Assembly: GCA_016748015.1 (NCBI GenBank)
Contig: JAAOMT010000786.1
Location: 772,513-836,512 of the forward strand
Direction: 5' to 3'
DNA: 64,000 nucleotides
Source: Geosiphon pyriformis uo1
Taxonomy: Eukaryota > Fungi > Glomeromycota
Shown: piece after piece, positions 13,731 to 26,255 of the stretch
Position numbering within the stretch: the first letter of the stretch is position 1
How the letters are laid out: every line of letters begins with the position of its first letter
Translations under genes and position numbers: made by a program
Notes under the pieces: generated by a model
Database searches by the model: none
Told to the model about the DNA's origin: nothing
The model's input: the letters and a program-made list of their open reading frames with translations, nothing else

Positions 13731-15719
13731 CCTCCATGCCACTTATCATTACCACTACTACTACCAAATTTTGGTTCTACCAGTAACTAAGAAAACAAGA
13801 ATTCAGAAGAAACAAAGATTAAGAAAAACTAGAGAAAACCCAATCTTAAAACCTACTGTAATTCAAACTCTGGAACCTATTATTCAAGACCCAATTGTTT
13901 TAAACTTTGCTGTATTAGTATCTGGAAACCCATTTTCAGCTGCACCAATAAATCCACTACCAATTCATGAAGTTCATTTACTGCCAGCAATCTTGAAACG
14001 TTGCTTCTTAACCAGAAGTATAGGAATTAGAATTACTATTTTGCGACATGACATAAACTCGCAAGAAAAGATTATTTAATTACATACGCTGAAATTCTTT
14101 TGTATTTTTTGAAGCTTTTCTGTTGTAGCTTAATCCTTGCTTTGTCCAAGCCAATTTGGAAGATTTTTTGATGTTTTTTAAAGGGCCGAAGTCAATGTGT
14201 TGGAAAGATGAAGCAAAAGAATTCCAGCGGAGTAGGATTGCAGCTATTGGTCATCTATCCAACATTCCGTTCTCGTACACAATAGTTACTTTTAGGCTTT
14301 GGCATTATGAACTTGGCCAAAAAAAAAATAGTGAGAATCTATTGAACAAAAAAAACTAATAAAGAATTTCTATAGCGGGGTTTTAACCACTTTGGAGCGG
14401 CCATCCCTGCACGGTGACTTGCAATTACTGGCTTCCGACAAGTCCAAGTCTACCGCAGACGCTTCATTCATGCTTTGACGGAAACAGTAGGTTGAGAAAG
14501 ACATTAAAATTGCTATTTGCGCCACGTGTAACAATCCATAAATGACGTCACGCGTTTGAAAAACTCAAGCGGAAAGCATAGAAAGTTTATTTTGCTTTAG
14601 ACTGAGGTTTCTCTTTCTACTGTAAGTATACACCAGATTGTTAATTGGCTACCTTGACAGACCATGCTTCTTTGCTGGAGAAGTCTTTTAAATTCAACTA
14701 TATTTTCCGCAAGTGGACTCAAAGGATGTCGTATTAACTATCCAGAAGGATATCATTGTTTTGAAGCAGTCAAAGCGATTTTTGATTTGACTGATGTAAT
14801 TTGCGTTAAGGAAAATGACAGAATAAAAAGAAAATTTTTTTGTTAAGCCGTGAAAGGTATTGAAAAGACAACCTTCGCGGCTTTTCAAGAATGGAATTCA
14901 TTGTAGCGTTTTAAGCACTTTAACAATATAGGATTATTTCTATATAAAATTAATTATATCAAATTTAATTTATATCAAATTCACTATGGAACCTACTAGA
15001 AAGATAAAAAAATTGGTATTAAATAAGAAAAGAATCACTTAGATTTATTATAAAGAAAAAAAATTTCTTTTTTAATTATATTAAAGTACATAAATTGTTT
15101 ATCTTATTTTTTTTATTAATAAAAATAAATTATAAGTTTAATTATTATAATTTTTTAACAGATTTAAAAAAAATATATTGTTTTTTATAAATTATTATTA
15201 TATATATTAAATTTAATATATATTATTATAACAGTTTTAATATAAATAAAAAATCTTATCATAAAACTATAATAGATTATGTGAATTAAATATTTAATTT
15301 AATAATAAATATATTATTATTGGGTTAAATAAAGTTTATAATAACAAAATATAGGTTTTAAATATTTTAATTTAAAAATTTGCAAAATTAAAATTATACA
15401 ACAATTTATTTTTATTTTATATATTTAATAAATGTAATTTAACTACTACTTAGTACACAAAAACAAATTAAGTAAGATTAACTAAATATGAATTATATGT
15501 TTTTTATATGTAATCAACCACTTGGGTTAATTAAGACAATACTATACATTTATATATACTCTTATCTTATTACAAACATCTGAAAAAAAAAACAAATTTT
15601 ATGTAAACCAAAACTAACAGTAAATAACTTAATAATATTAAGCAAACAAATAACATTTATTAACAGATAATTAAACACAGCATAAAAAGCAGTAAAAACT
15701 ATTTATGTATTACTAATTA

Positions 15720-16560
15720 AATTATTTTTTTCTATGTTTACTCTAAATTTTACTCTAAACAATTATAATTCACTTCAATGTTTTTTAGCCAAATAGTAAG
15801 CAAAATTGACTATTATTAACATAGCTTTTTTTCTCTTTCTAAAAACCAAAACTGTTTTATTAATCTATTCTTTAAAAACAAAACTCTTGTATAAAATTTT
15901 ATAAATATTAACATCTAATATTCTTGAAAAAAAAGTATATAGCATTGAAGATAATGACAGAAAACATTCATTCATTAAAAATTTCCACAAATTAATATAA
16001 CTTAGCAAAATCTCAAAATGTATTATAGCATTTTTTGAGCAAGTAAAAACATGATTAAGCAGTTTAATATTATTATATATTAAACATAACACTTTTAAGT
16101 AATTTTTATTATAAAGTCTTTTTTTAATAACAACTAACAGTCTTTTATAGACCACTTTTATCAAATATATATAGAATATTACTAAATCTTTGCTTATAAA
16201 TTCTGAAAATATATGTGAATCTAAATACCAAATTGCTACAATATTAATTTAATTTATGGTTCCAATTAATATTTTATTTATGATTTTTGCATTTGGATCA
16301 GTTTTTTATTGAGTTCTACAAACTATTTTATAAACATTCTAAACAAAATAGTAAGTATTCCTTAATACAACTTAGTTATTAGCCATAATAAATCTTTTAT
16401 GAATTCCAACAAAAAAAACAAAACTAAAAATTGCTGTAATACACATAAAAGTATTAGTCTTATTATTATTAATGTTTTCTAAGTAATCTTTAACTTTTAC
16501 TTACTTAACAGAACTATTTTTAGACTTAATTAAATTAACTATATAATGTCTTTCTACTTA
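15720..16560 (-). mobile_element. LINE-like ORF2 C-terminal fragment (end of RNase H to zinc-binding region), degenerate
   Basis: ORF 15865-16164 KVVYKRLLVVIKKRLYNKNYLKVLCLIYNNIKLLNHVFTC resembles the non-LTR RT C-terminal motif (LP...R.......C..C...E...H.F.C) after G>A/C>T decay. Confidence 0.55.
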
Positions 16561-18215
16561 GTATTTGTTCTGAAAATCTGGCAAAAAAAGCCCAAATTTT
16601 AAAACACATGTATTCAAAACTGCTTAACTGTTTATATGCATTATCTTAATTTTATTATTATATATTTATTATTTTTTTTATTTAAATATTAATAATAAAC
16701 AAATCAAAAATAAATTATTTTTAAATAATACTATAATTAATTACAATTATTTCTCATTAATAAGAACCAAAATTATTTGTTTAACTAAAAATTTTAAAAC
16801 AATAAAATACAATTTTATTGGTTTTCTGGTCAGAAAATAAGTTAATCAATTCAACAATATTTAATCAATCCATATTGCAACATCAATTCCTTACTTCATC
16901 ATGCTTATCACGTGGTCTTACTACTCTGCCTTAAACTAACTGGTAATTCTAAGGCCTTTATTCTTAAGAAATTTTAAAGAAAAGACAAACCACTCGATGA
17001 GAATGATAAAAGGTCAAGAACAATTTCATGGTCACAATTAAGCCAATATTCCTTCATAGCATTGAGATTCATTTACCAACTAAAATATTCAGAGTAATTG
17101 CCAAATACTTTTCTTTAGAGTTTTGTCAAACAGCAGACTTGGAAGATTCCAATCTCCCTTAGGCTTATTGAATGTTAACAAATCAAGATAAGGTTCCAGA
17201 GAGCAGAAATAGATGGGACACAATCGGGGTCAAGGCCAACATAAACCGAACCTCCACTTTTGTAAAAGATAATTGAATAATCCATCCTATCCCGAAAGCA
17301 TATTCCATTTAAAGACTCAGTTTCCAGCTGCTTGGGATCATTTTTCTTCGACCCCAAAATGGTCACCTTCCTGTTTCCAACTGGTATTTATTATGTTTCA
17401 GGAGATTGGGTGGAAAGCACATTTTAATTCCCAATATCCTGTATTTTACAACATTCAGTCCATGCAGGGGATGTATCCCAAATGAAGAGCCAACGCATTG
17501 AAAAGTAAAATCAATGCAAGAATTGAATCAGTCCTCCTAGGAGTTCCACAATAAAAGTTAAATATTCCAAAATAAATAAATATTTTAATCGCCAAAAATC
17601 TCGCAAAATAAAGTTTAACAAAAATTACCTAAAGCAGTGGCATTAGTAAATAAGAGTATTAAATGATGGTTGAAGAATGACCCATCGAAATTAACTTACT
17701 TTTATGAAATTTAGTAACTTGCACTAAACGGTGACAATATAAAAAAAATTATATTCTAAGGCTCCAAAGTAAGGTTATCATAAGAGACTGCGGGAGGAGT
17801 GACCCCATCAAGTAACTCTGATTTCCCGAGCTAATATGCAGTTATAGCGGTACATTTCGGCTGTCGATAGGAGTTTATTGTCTATAGAAACCATGAGTGA
17901 TAGATCCCAAGTTGAACTCTTTTCTCTTTGAACAAAAAAATTATTGCGTCAGTAACCAGATGCGGGATCGAATTATGGGTAAAAATTCAGAAGCAAAGCA
18001 ATTTAAATATTTTCAACCAATCAATAACTTTTAGGCTGATATTTTTGATAAGCTTGTACATAAAAAAACACGTGTAAAATTCTAAATTTGGGAAATACTA
18101 AATGATAAACAATAATTGGATAGACACGTCAATCACCAATCACAGAAATTAATGCTAGTATGTTAGAGCCTCTTGAAAACTTTCAGTTTTGATTCTGAAG
18201 ATACTTGTGAAAAAT

Positions 18216-19878
18216 ATGGAACTTTTGAATAGCGACCTTAATGAAGTTATCATGATAGATGATGAGAAAGAAGAAGAAGAAGAAGAGAATGAATTTGAAG
18301 TAGATATTAAAAAATATTTTGAGTGTTTTTTTTGAAAAATTATAACAAAGCTTAATAGTTTAAAGTTTAACTGAAATGTTTACATATAAAATTTTTTATA
18401 AAAAGGTTGAAAAAATACTTAATAAAAGGCTTCATAAGGTGAGTTTCAAAAAAACTAACTTTTCCATTCTTTAATTTCTTTAAAAAAACGCGTTTTTTTT
18501 AAAGAAATTAAAGAATGGAGAATAAAACTTTTATAATATTTATTCATTGATTTTATTTTATTTTATTTTTTGGTTTTAATTTTTAATTTTTTTTATACTT
18601 AATTTTTTTTTTTTTTTTAAGGGACAAACAGAATATTTACTTAAATGGAAAGGTTATGATGACAAAGATAATACATGGTTAGAATAAAAATTCATATTTT
18701 TTAAAACAAAAATTGGCAAGTATATTTTTTTAATTAATATTTTGAAATAATTTTTTTAGGGAGCCAGCAATAAATCTTAATTGTCATGATTTGATACAAA
18801 AATATGAAAATTCTTTGACATCCAAGCGTCAAGTTTCGATAAAAAATGGCAGAAAAAGGGTACAGAAAAGTTTTGAACCATGTATAGAGGTTCAATGTAT
18901 ATCAAATTCTTTTTTAAAAAAATATAATATTGAAATTTATCTATCCTAAAAAAGATTGCTACTAAGACGATCTCGGAAAAAAAGCCGGCAAATATAATAC
19001 ATTTTGAAAAATTATTGGAATCTGATAAAGATCCAGGTCGTCTCACTGTTGTAAATGAACTGGATAATGATGGACCACCTGAAGATTTTACTTATCTTCA
19101 AGAATATCTCTATTCTCCTGACGTTCCAAGACCTGATTCAGGATTTCTTATTGGTTGTGGATGTTCATCAGAAGGATGCAAAAAGAACTCTAGTCGAAGA
19201 AAAAATGGAAATGGAAATACTTTATGCACTTGTTTAACCAACAATGATGAAGATGGCAATGAGTTTTATGATGAAAAAGGACGAGTGAAAATTCCCCGTG
19301 GTCAAATGATCTTTGAATGTAATTCAGCTTGTAAATGCGGTCCTGAATGTCCAAATCGAGTTGCTCAAAAAGGTCGAACTGTTGATCTTGAAATCTTTAA
19401 GACACCTGACAAAGGATGGGGAGTTCGTGCCATGCAATATATTTATGCCAACACTTTTGTGAGTGTTTATTGTGGGGAGTTGATTACAGCTGCTGAAGCA
19501 AGTCGACGAGGTGATAAATACGATCGAATTGGTCGAACTTATTTGTTTGATCTAGACTTTGCAGATGAACATACCAATCAGGATACCGATTTTTTCACTG
19601 TTGATGGCTACAACTATGGAAATGTATCACATTTTTTCAATCATAGCTGCGACCCAAATATGTGGGTATATCCTGTAGTGATTGATAATCCAAATATTTT
19701 ACAACATCATTTGGCATTTTTCACTCGTCGTCCAGTAAGGAAGTATGAAGAATTGACCTTTGATTATTTAGGATGTAAAGATGAAGACTCTGAAGAAATG
19801 ATGGATGAGAAATATAAGCAACAGTTAAAAGATTGTAAATGCCACGCAATAAATTGCAGGGGTAAAGTGAGAATATAA
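18216..19878 (+). CDS. clr4: Clr4/SUV39H-family histone H3K9 methyltransferase (chromodomain + pre-SET + SET + post-SET); 5 exons
   Basis: Exons 18216-18299, 18406-18438, 18622-18677, 18760-~18860/18890 (donor uncertain) and 18955-19878. Spliced chromodomain [38 protein letters not shown]; pre-SET CGC...IFECNSACKC...CPNRVAQ; SET GWGVRA...YLFDLD...HFFNHSCDPN...ELTFDY; post-SET CKCHAINCRG. Confidence 0.93.
18463..18519. repeat. 57-bp near-perfect palindrome in clr4 intron 2
   Basis: TCCATTCTTTAATTTCTTT-A7-CGCG-T8-AAAGAAATTAAAGAATGGA. The arms are exact reverse complements apart from one extra T. Confidence 0.9.
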
Positions 19879-20181
19879 AAGCAGGGAAATCTTGATTTAA
19901 CATTTATTTTTTAATTAATTCAAAGAGAACATTTTTCATTCATGTTTTTAACCAGTCAATTTTTTTCTTCTCTTTTTCTTCTCTTTTCAAAAATTTATTT
20001 GTTTTGATCTTTTATACAATTAATTTTATCATAATTTGGCAGAACTTTTTTAAGCCAATAGTATATATATTAAAAAATAAATAAGATAATTTTTATTGAC
20101 AGATTTAAAAAACAAGAAGAAAAAAAGCTTTTGTTATTATATTTTTTTGATAAATAATATATATAATATAATTTAAATATT

Positions 20182-20223
<42 letters not shown>

Positions 20224-20415
20224 TTTTTATAAAGTTATAAATTTTTTTTACATTTAATTTATGTATAATAAATTTTTTTAAAAATAATTAACATAACATA
20301 ATATTTGTAAATTGTTTTTATTGAGAATAATTATTGTTTAAATTTATTTAATCATGTAATATAATATAATAAAACAAATTTTTTTGTTAAATATAATTAA
20401 ATTGATTTTATATTA

Positions 20416-20455
<40 letters not shown>

Positions 20456-20671
20456 GAAAAAAAAAAAGAAAAAAAAAAGAAGAAAAAGAAGAAGAATAAT
20501 AAAGTTAAAAAGAAAAGTTTTTAATTAAGAATGTACAAAAAATATATATATATATATAAGAAAAATAAAAAGAAAAAAAGAAAAAGAAAAAAGAAACTAT
20601 GTAGTTACATGTTTCAAAAATTATCAATTAAAATTAAAACTTTAAAAATTCATTTTAAAACGATTGATCGC

Positions 20672-20900
20672 TAATACTTTAATAAATTACTTAATATATT
20701 TTAATATACGTAAATAAATTACTTAATACTTTAATAAATTACTTAATATATTTTAATATACGTAAATAAATTACTTAATACTTTAATAAATTACTTAATA
20801 TATTTTAATATACGTAAATAAATTACTTAATACTTTAATAAATTACTTAATATATTTTAATATACTTAAATAAATTACTTAATATTTTAATAAATTACTT
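20672..20900. repeat. Tandem repeat, 52-bp period, about 4 copies, with internal AATAAATTACTTAATA subunits
   Basis: TACG recurs at 20707, 20759 and 20811 (period 52). The array lies among (AAT)n microsatellites. Confidence 0.85.
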
Positions 20901-20910
20901 AATATACTTA

Positions 20911-20950
<40 letters not shown>

Positions 20951-21309
20951 CTTTTCAAACAAAAAAAGCATAAATAGTTATTTTTATTTACCAAAACACT
21001 CAGTCCATCATCATGATCATCATCATCATCTACTAACCAAATATCTTAAAAAATTTTTCACAACATAAAATTCTTTTAGAGTAACGGTTTATTGTTATTA
21101 TTATTATTATTATTATTAATTATGTTAGAAAGTTGGGTCACAATCATTAAATAAGTTTTTTGGATTGTTGATATTTTACGAATATAAAGCTTTGTCACAG
21201 AGTTAAAAATTACGGATATGATTATTGTCAAAGAAAATTCATAATGGTACCCAACCCAATCCAAATCAACTCAAATCAAAAACATGTTTGTTTTAAACTT
21301 ACTTTTTTT

Positions 21310-21340
<31 letters not shown>

Positions 21341-22043
21341 NNNNNNNNNNNNNNNNNNNNNNNNNNNNNNNNNNNNNNNNNNNNNNNNNNNNNNNNNNNN
21401 NNNNNNNNNNNNNNNNNNNNNNNNNNNNNNNNNNNNNNNNNNNNNNNNNNNNNNNNNNNNNNNNNNNNNNNNNNNNNNNNNNNNNNNNNNNNNNNNNNNN
21501 NNNNNNNNNNNNNNNNNNNNNNNNNNNNNNNNNNNNNNNNNNNNNNNNNNNNNNNNNNNNNNNNNNNNNNNNNNNNNNNNNNNNNNNNNNNNNNNNNNNN
21601 NNNNNNNNNNNNNNNNNNNNNNNNNNNNNNNNNNNNNNNNNNNNNNNNNNNNNNNNNNNNNNNNNNNNNNNNNNNNNNNNNNNNNNNNNNNNNNNNNNNN
21701 NNNNNNNNNNNNNNNNNNNNNNNNNNNNNNNNNNNNNNNNNNNNNNNNNNNNNNNNNNNNNNNNNNNNNNNNNNNNNNNNNNNNNNNNNNNNNNNNNNNN
21801 NNNNNNNNNNNNNNNNNNNNNNNNNNNNNNNNNNNNNNNNNNNNNNNNNNNNNNNNNNNNNNNNNNNNNNNNNNNNNNNNNNNNNNNNNNNNNNNNNNNN
21901 NNNNNNNNNNNNNNNNNNNNNNNNNNNNNNNNNNNNNNNNNNNNNNNNNNNNNNNNNNNNNNNNNNNNNNNNNNNNNNNNNNNNNNNNNNNNNNNNNNNN
22001 NNNNNNNNNNNNNNNNNNNNNNNNNNNNNNNNNNNNNNNNNNN
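21341..22043. other. Assembly gap (N run) flanked by homopolymers
   Basis: Continuous Ns between a poly-A and a poly-T run. Confidence 1.
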
Positions 22044-22794
22044 TTTTTTTTTTTTTTTTTTTTTTTGATGGTTGAAAGAATATCAAATTTGGGATAACAA
22101 AGTTTAATGTTTCTTTTACACCACAATTTCTGACCATAACGTTATATTGAGATTTGAAATATTTTATTAAAAATTTTCTTTTCAAATTTTTTAGTTCAAT
22201 AACACGTTTTTTTCGACAAATCTAAAAAAAGAATTATCTTTTGTTTTCTGTACAACCTCCCTATTCTCATTATTTCTTATCCCCCGCATATTTTATGTGA
22301 TTCAAGAAAAATTCAAAATAAATAAATAAATAAATAAAAAAAAGGATACCTTTAGATTGGTTAAATACTTTAGAAAACTTATATAAAATTGAACCATATC
22401 TTACAAAATTTCCGTTTGATTTGTTTTCATTTGAACGATGCAAGCACTCCTTAATATTATTTTTGCCTTTAGAGGAGTTTTCAAAAAAAAACCTTTCTCC
22501 TCGAGTCCATTTCATTAAATTATTGGTTAACTCTGCTTTTCATTTCAAAAAAATATATATTTCTGCACACGAAAGTAACTATTAATGGTTTTAGTATGTA
22601 TAATGTACTGTATATATATATATATTTCCTTTTTTTTTTTTTTTTTGAAGAAAGGAGTAAAGGAAAAGTCAAGGAATCTTCCGAAAGGATGTCATACCAT
22701 TGAGTATTTGCATGTTTCTTAATAGAATAATGGGAAATAATGAAAAACAACGTATTTGACATTAAAATTATATTTCTTGTTTAATTTAATTTAA

Positions 22795-22826
<32 letters not shown>

Positions 22827-23307
22827 AATCAGTGATACACACATTCAATATCATATTAAAATAATAATAAAAATAAAAAATAATAGTTATCCACATAAAG
22901 AATAAGCTAAAGGAAAAAGAATACCAATTAAAAAAAAAAAAATCCAAAAAAAAAAAAAAGAAAAGACAAACAAATCCCAAACGAAAAGTGACACTGTGTT
23001 CAAATATTGCGCACTTGCCAAAATTAGCAATTATTTAACTAGTTCATATATTGTGTGTTGCCAAAATCAAGAGCAACCAAAAAAAACTCGAACCTGCTTC
23101 TGACCTCCTTTGGACCAATTATACTTATAAATTAGACATAAATTCGCCAACAAAAAAAAAAAACGAAACTCAACGCCTCTTTTTCTTCAACCATCATATT
23201 CATAATCATCATCATTCATCACCATCATCGAAATTTATTATCGTCATTTGTGATATTGTGTTTTTAAAACTTTGTTGGAAAACTTTCTAATCCAAAGAAA
23301 CCAAACC

Positions 23308-23344
<37 letters not shown>

Positions 23345-23383
23345 ATTCCTAAACTCAATCGCCCTTCTTATCAATATTAAAAT

Positions 23384-24344
23384 ATGCGTAAGAAAGTAAA
23401 GCAAGATCTTCCGCTTCATAAAGTAATCATGGTCGGCTCGGGTGGTGTTGGAAAGTCAGCGTTGACTTTGCAGTACATGTATGGTGACTTTGTTGAAGAA
23501 TATGACCCCACCAAGGCTGACTCTTACCGTAAAAAGGTGGCCTTGGACGGACAAGAGTGTCAAATCGATATCTTGGATACTGCTGGTCAAGAGGAATATG
23601 CTGCTGTATCTTTTTTTTTCTAATTCTTTTGTTTCGATGACTATTTTTGGAAATTATTCAACCCATAGAGTATCAATGAACCTTGTGAGATTTCTTAAAC
23701 TTGGCCTATTGTTATACTTCAGTTACCCATTCTTTTAACCAAAACCAAAAACTTCCTTAACTCTATATATTGACCTCTATGTACAGATTCGTGATAATTA
23801 TTATCGCTCAGGTGAAGGCTTCCTGTGTGTCTTTTCTATCTGTGAACACGAATCCTTTCTACATACACAGGACTTTCGAGATCAGATCTCGAGAGTACTC
23901 GATGATGAAAGCGTATGTAAAAAAGTAAAAACAACCCCAATTCTCCCTTTCTCTCTATTGTTATTTGCTTTTTTCCTTTTCATAACCAGGCGCAACCTTT
24001 AACACAGCTAAAGAAATGTTTGCCAGATGGGATATTCATTTTATAAATCTTAAATGATCTTTATTTTCCATTCTTCCCACTTGGAAACACCTGTTCGTTT
24101 CTCACAGATTCCGTTCATCCTAGTTGGCAATAAATCTGATTTAGCGGGAATTCGTAAGGTGACCAAAGAAGAAGCACAACAGAAAGCAAATGAATGGGGT
24201 TGTCCTTACATCGAAACTTCGGCAAAGACGCGACTCCATGTCGATGATGTTTATACTGAATTAATGAGAAGGATTCGAGAACGAAAGGATGGTGCCAATG
24301 AAGAAATTAAAAAGATTAAAAGGGCTCGATGTGTGTGTTTGTAA
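23384..24344 (+). CDS. ral: Ral-type Ras-family small GTPase, 194 aa, 3 exons
   Basis: Exons 23384-23605, 23787-23912 and 24108-24344. [20 protein letters not shown], Ral-type effector loop [46 protein letters not shown] and a CaaX end CVCL. Confidence 0.9.
23606..23786 (+). other. Putative U12-type (minor) GT-AG intron in the Ral gene
   Basis: 5' splice site GTATCTTT and a consensus U12 branch point TTCCTTAAC at 23753-23761, upstream of the CAG acceptor. Confidence 0.55.
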
Positions 24345-24950
24345 ATGGATTCCTGAACTTCCTTGAAAAGAAATGAGCTTGTCTCCTGTATCCAAACGAA
24401 AACTCATTGGTGAATTCGAATCTATTTGCGACTCTGTCGTGATGTCGCCAATATGGGTGTGGACTGCATTTTTGAGTTACCAGTTTTAAGTGTTCTTATA
24501 TATATATACATATATATATATTTTTCAATGTAGCTTTCTTTGTAACATATTATATTTCACAATACGAAAGGCACAAATTTGTGGACACTTTACATTTTTG
24601 GCGGTTTATGGAGGAAAATCAACAGGGTCTCCTAGATTTTTACCGGAGGATTTTTCGAAATTAGAATAATTTTTCAAAGGGATGATGTGAACCTCAACAC
24701 CACCACCACCACCACCATCACCATTTTCATCAAACTCCCTCATCCTTATAATTTTTTAGTTTATTTTCTTCCCCTTTTTTTCTGGAGTACTTTAGATTTT
24801 CCTAATCATCTCGAGCATGACTTCTTTTGCCTTTTTCTTTTTATGTCCTATTTTTCTACTGCTACCATTAATAAATATTACCCATTATACAACCTCCATA
24901 TAGACTTGTACTTATACATAAATTTTCTACATTTTCATTTTCATAATCTT

Positions 24951-25001
24951 TCACATCACCATCATCACCATCATCATCATCATCATCATCATCATCACAT
25001 C
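24951..25001 (+). repeat. (CAT/CAC)n microsatellite
   Basis: Visible trinucleotide run. It produces the spurious poly-His in ORF 24687-25106. Confidence 0.85.
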
Positions 25002-25343
25002 ATTTCAAACCATGTCATTTATCAGAAGTGTATTTGTTCTCGCAGAAAGAGAACGAAAGAATTGGGTCGACGAGAGGAAGGAGCGAGAAGATGGGAAATA
25101 AGCTAAATTAGCAAGTTTTGAATAAGTTTGGAAATCAAAAAATCCATGAATAAATCCACGTTACAATAATTCAATTTTAATCTGATCCTGAAAAGTTTAT
25201 GAATCTTTTTCTAAATTCGTGCGGATTCAAACTAATGTCTTTTTCACAATCCTGATTTGAAATATATCAATACACAAGAATTGCCTCAATTTTTAGTGCA
25301 TTTTTTAATGAAAAGATTTGCTTAATAATGTCTATCAATAAAA

Positions 25344-25640
25344 ATGCTAATCAGTTTTCTTCCCACCCCCCTCTTTCCTGAGCTAACTTCTCAAAATGCT
25401 GATACCACCATCTCTGGTACCAAGAAAGGTTACCTCTACGCCCTTGCCTCTAGTCCAAAGCAAAAAGAGGATCTCGAGCGACAAAAACAATTCCTCTCTC
25501 GATTTCCGACCTGTGAACTCCTTAGCGATATCGATCATGACTTAAGACCCTATTGGAACGAATAAGCTGCGGAATGGTCTCGGAAATTGTACTCCTGTCT
25601 ACTAAAATCGACATCGCCAGTTTTATACCAAGAATTCCCA
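25344..25640 (+). pseudogene. tnpA: IS607-family TnpA serine recombinase relic
   Basis: KKGYLYALASSPKQKEDLERQKQFLSRFPTCELLSDI, then a frameshift to LKTLLERISCGMVSEIV. This matches the IS607 TnpA pattern YARVSS.KQK.DLERQ...L...P......DI...L..LL......V...V. The GSG.N..R.G segment is missing. Confidence 0.75.
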
Positions 25641-25659
25641 TATCAGTTTCACAACAGGC

Positions 25660-26255
25660 TTGGATAAAAGACGCTAATGAACACGAAGACAAGAAACTCA
25701 AAAAAAGCTTCAATATGGGGCGAGCGCGAGTTCATGCGGACTGTTGTGTGTCTCGGAATGTTGCTTCGGGTATGCACGGCAAAGGGCTCGCGAATATTAT
25801 TGATGAAACATTGATTTCTAGGGAAGAAGTAATTGAGCGTAATGCGAATCAACAAGGTCTATCAGTACACTATCTATTTCGATCACGAAAAGATCTACGA
25901 CAGAAAATGTCAATTTGTGCACAGAATTCTTCGAAATCCACATGGAACCTTTTCTATTTCACTCATCTCCATAATCCGTCGGTGCTTACTACAAATCTTT
26001 ATAAGCTTACCACAATTCTGGATAATGTCAAGGGTGCTTTGTTCTCTTTATTCCGAAAAAAAAAAGAGCCATAATAATAAGTGGCCCGTTCCTCACGAGA
26101 TAATTTCGGATGGCAAGCTTACCTACTCTCGCAAAGCTAACGTGTGGAAGTTTGCCTCGGTATACGAGACGCAAAAACAGCTCCGCGAAACTCAAGCGGA
26201 TGACTCTCTTCATGCGGTCTCCACTGATCCCGGCGTCCGTACACCTTTTACATGA
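25660..26255 (+). pseudogene. TnpB/Fanzor2-type nuclease relic (N-terminal half through RuvC-I)
   Basis: YLFRSRKDLRQKMSI (FRS.KD..Q motif), then a frameshift to ISDGKLTYSRKANVWKF...HAVSTDPGVRTPFT*. DPGVRT is the RuvC-I signature of IS607-associated TnpB/Fanzor. It lies directly downstream of the TnpA relic on the same strand. Confidence 0.7.

Noticed and set aside
20672-20900. CRISPR-like periodic array
   Set aside because: Head-to-tail units without unique spacers, no cas genes, eukaryotic context.
21271-22185. Long ORFs spanning the N run
   Set aside because: Artefacts of translating Ns.
24687-25106. Poly-Thr/poly-His ORF
   Set aside because: Produced by (CAC)n/(CAT)n microsatellites; non-ATG start and no domain.
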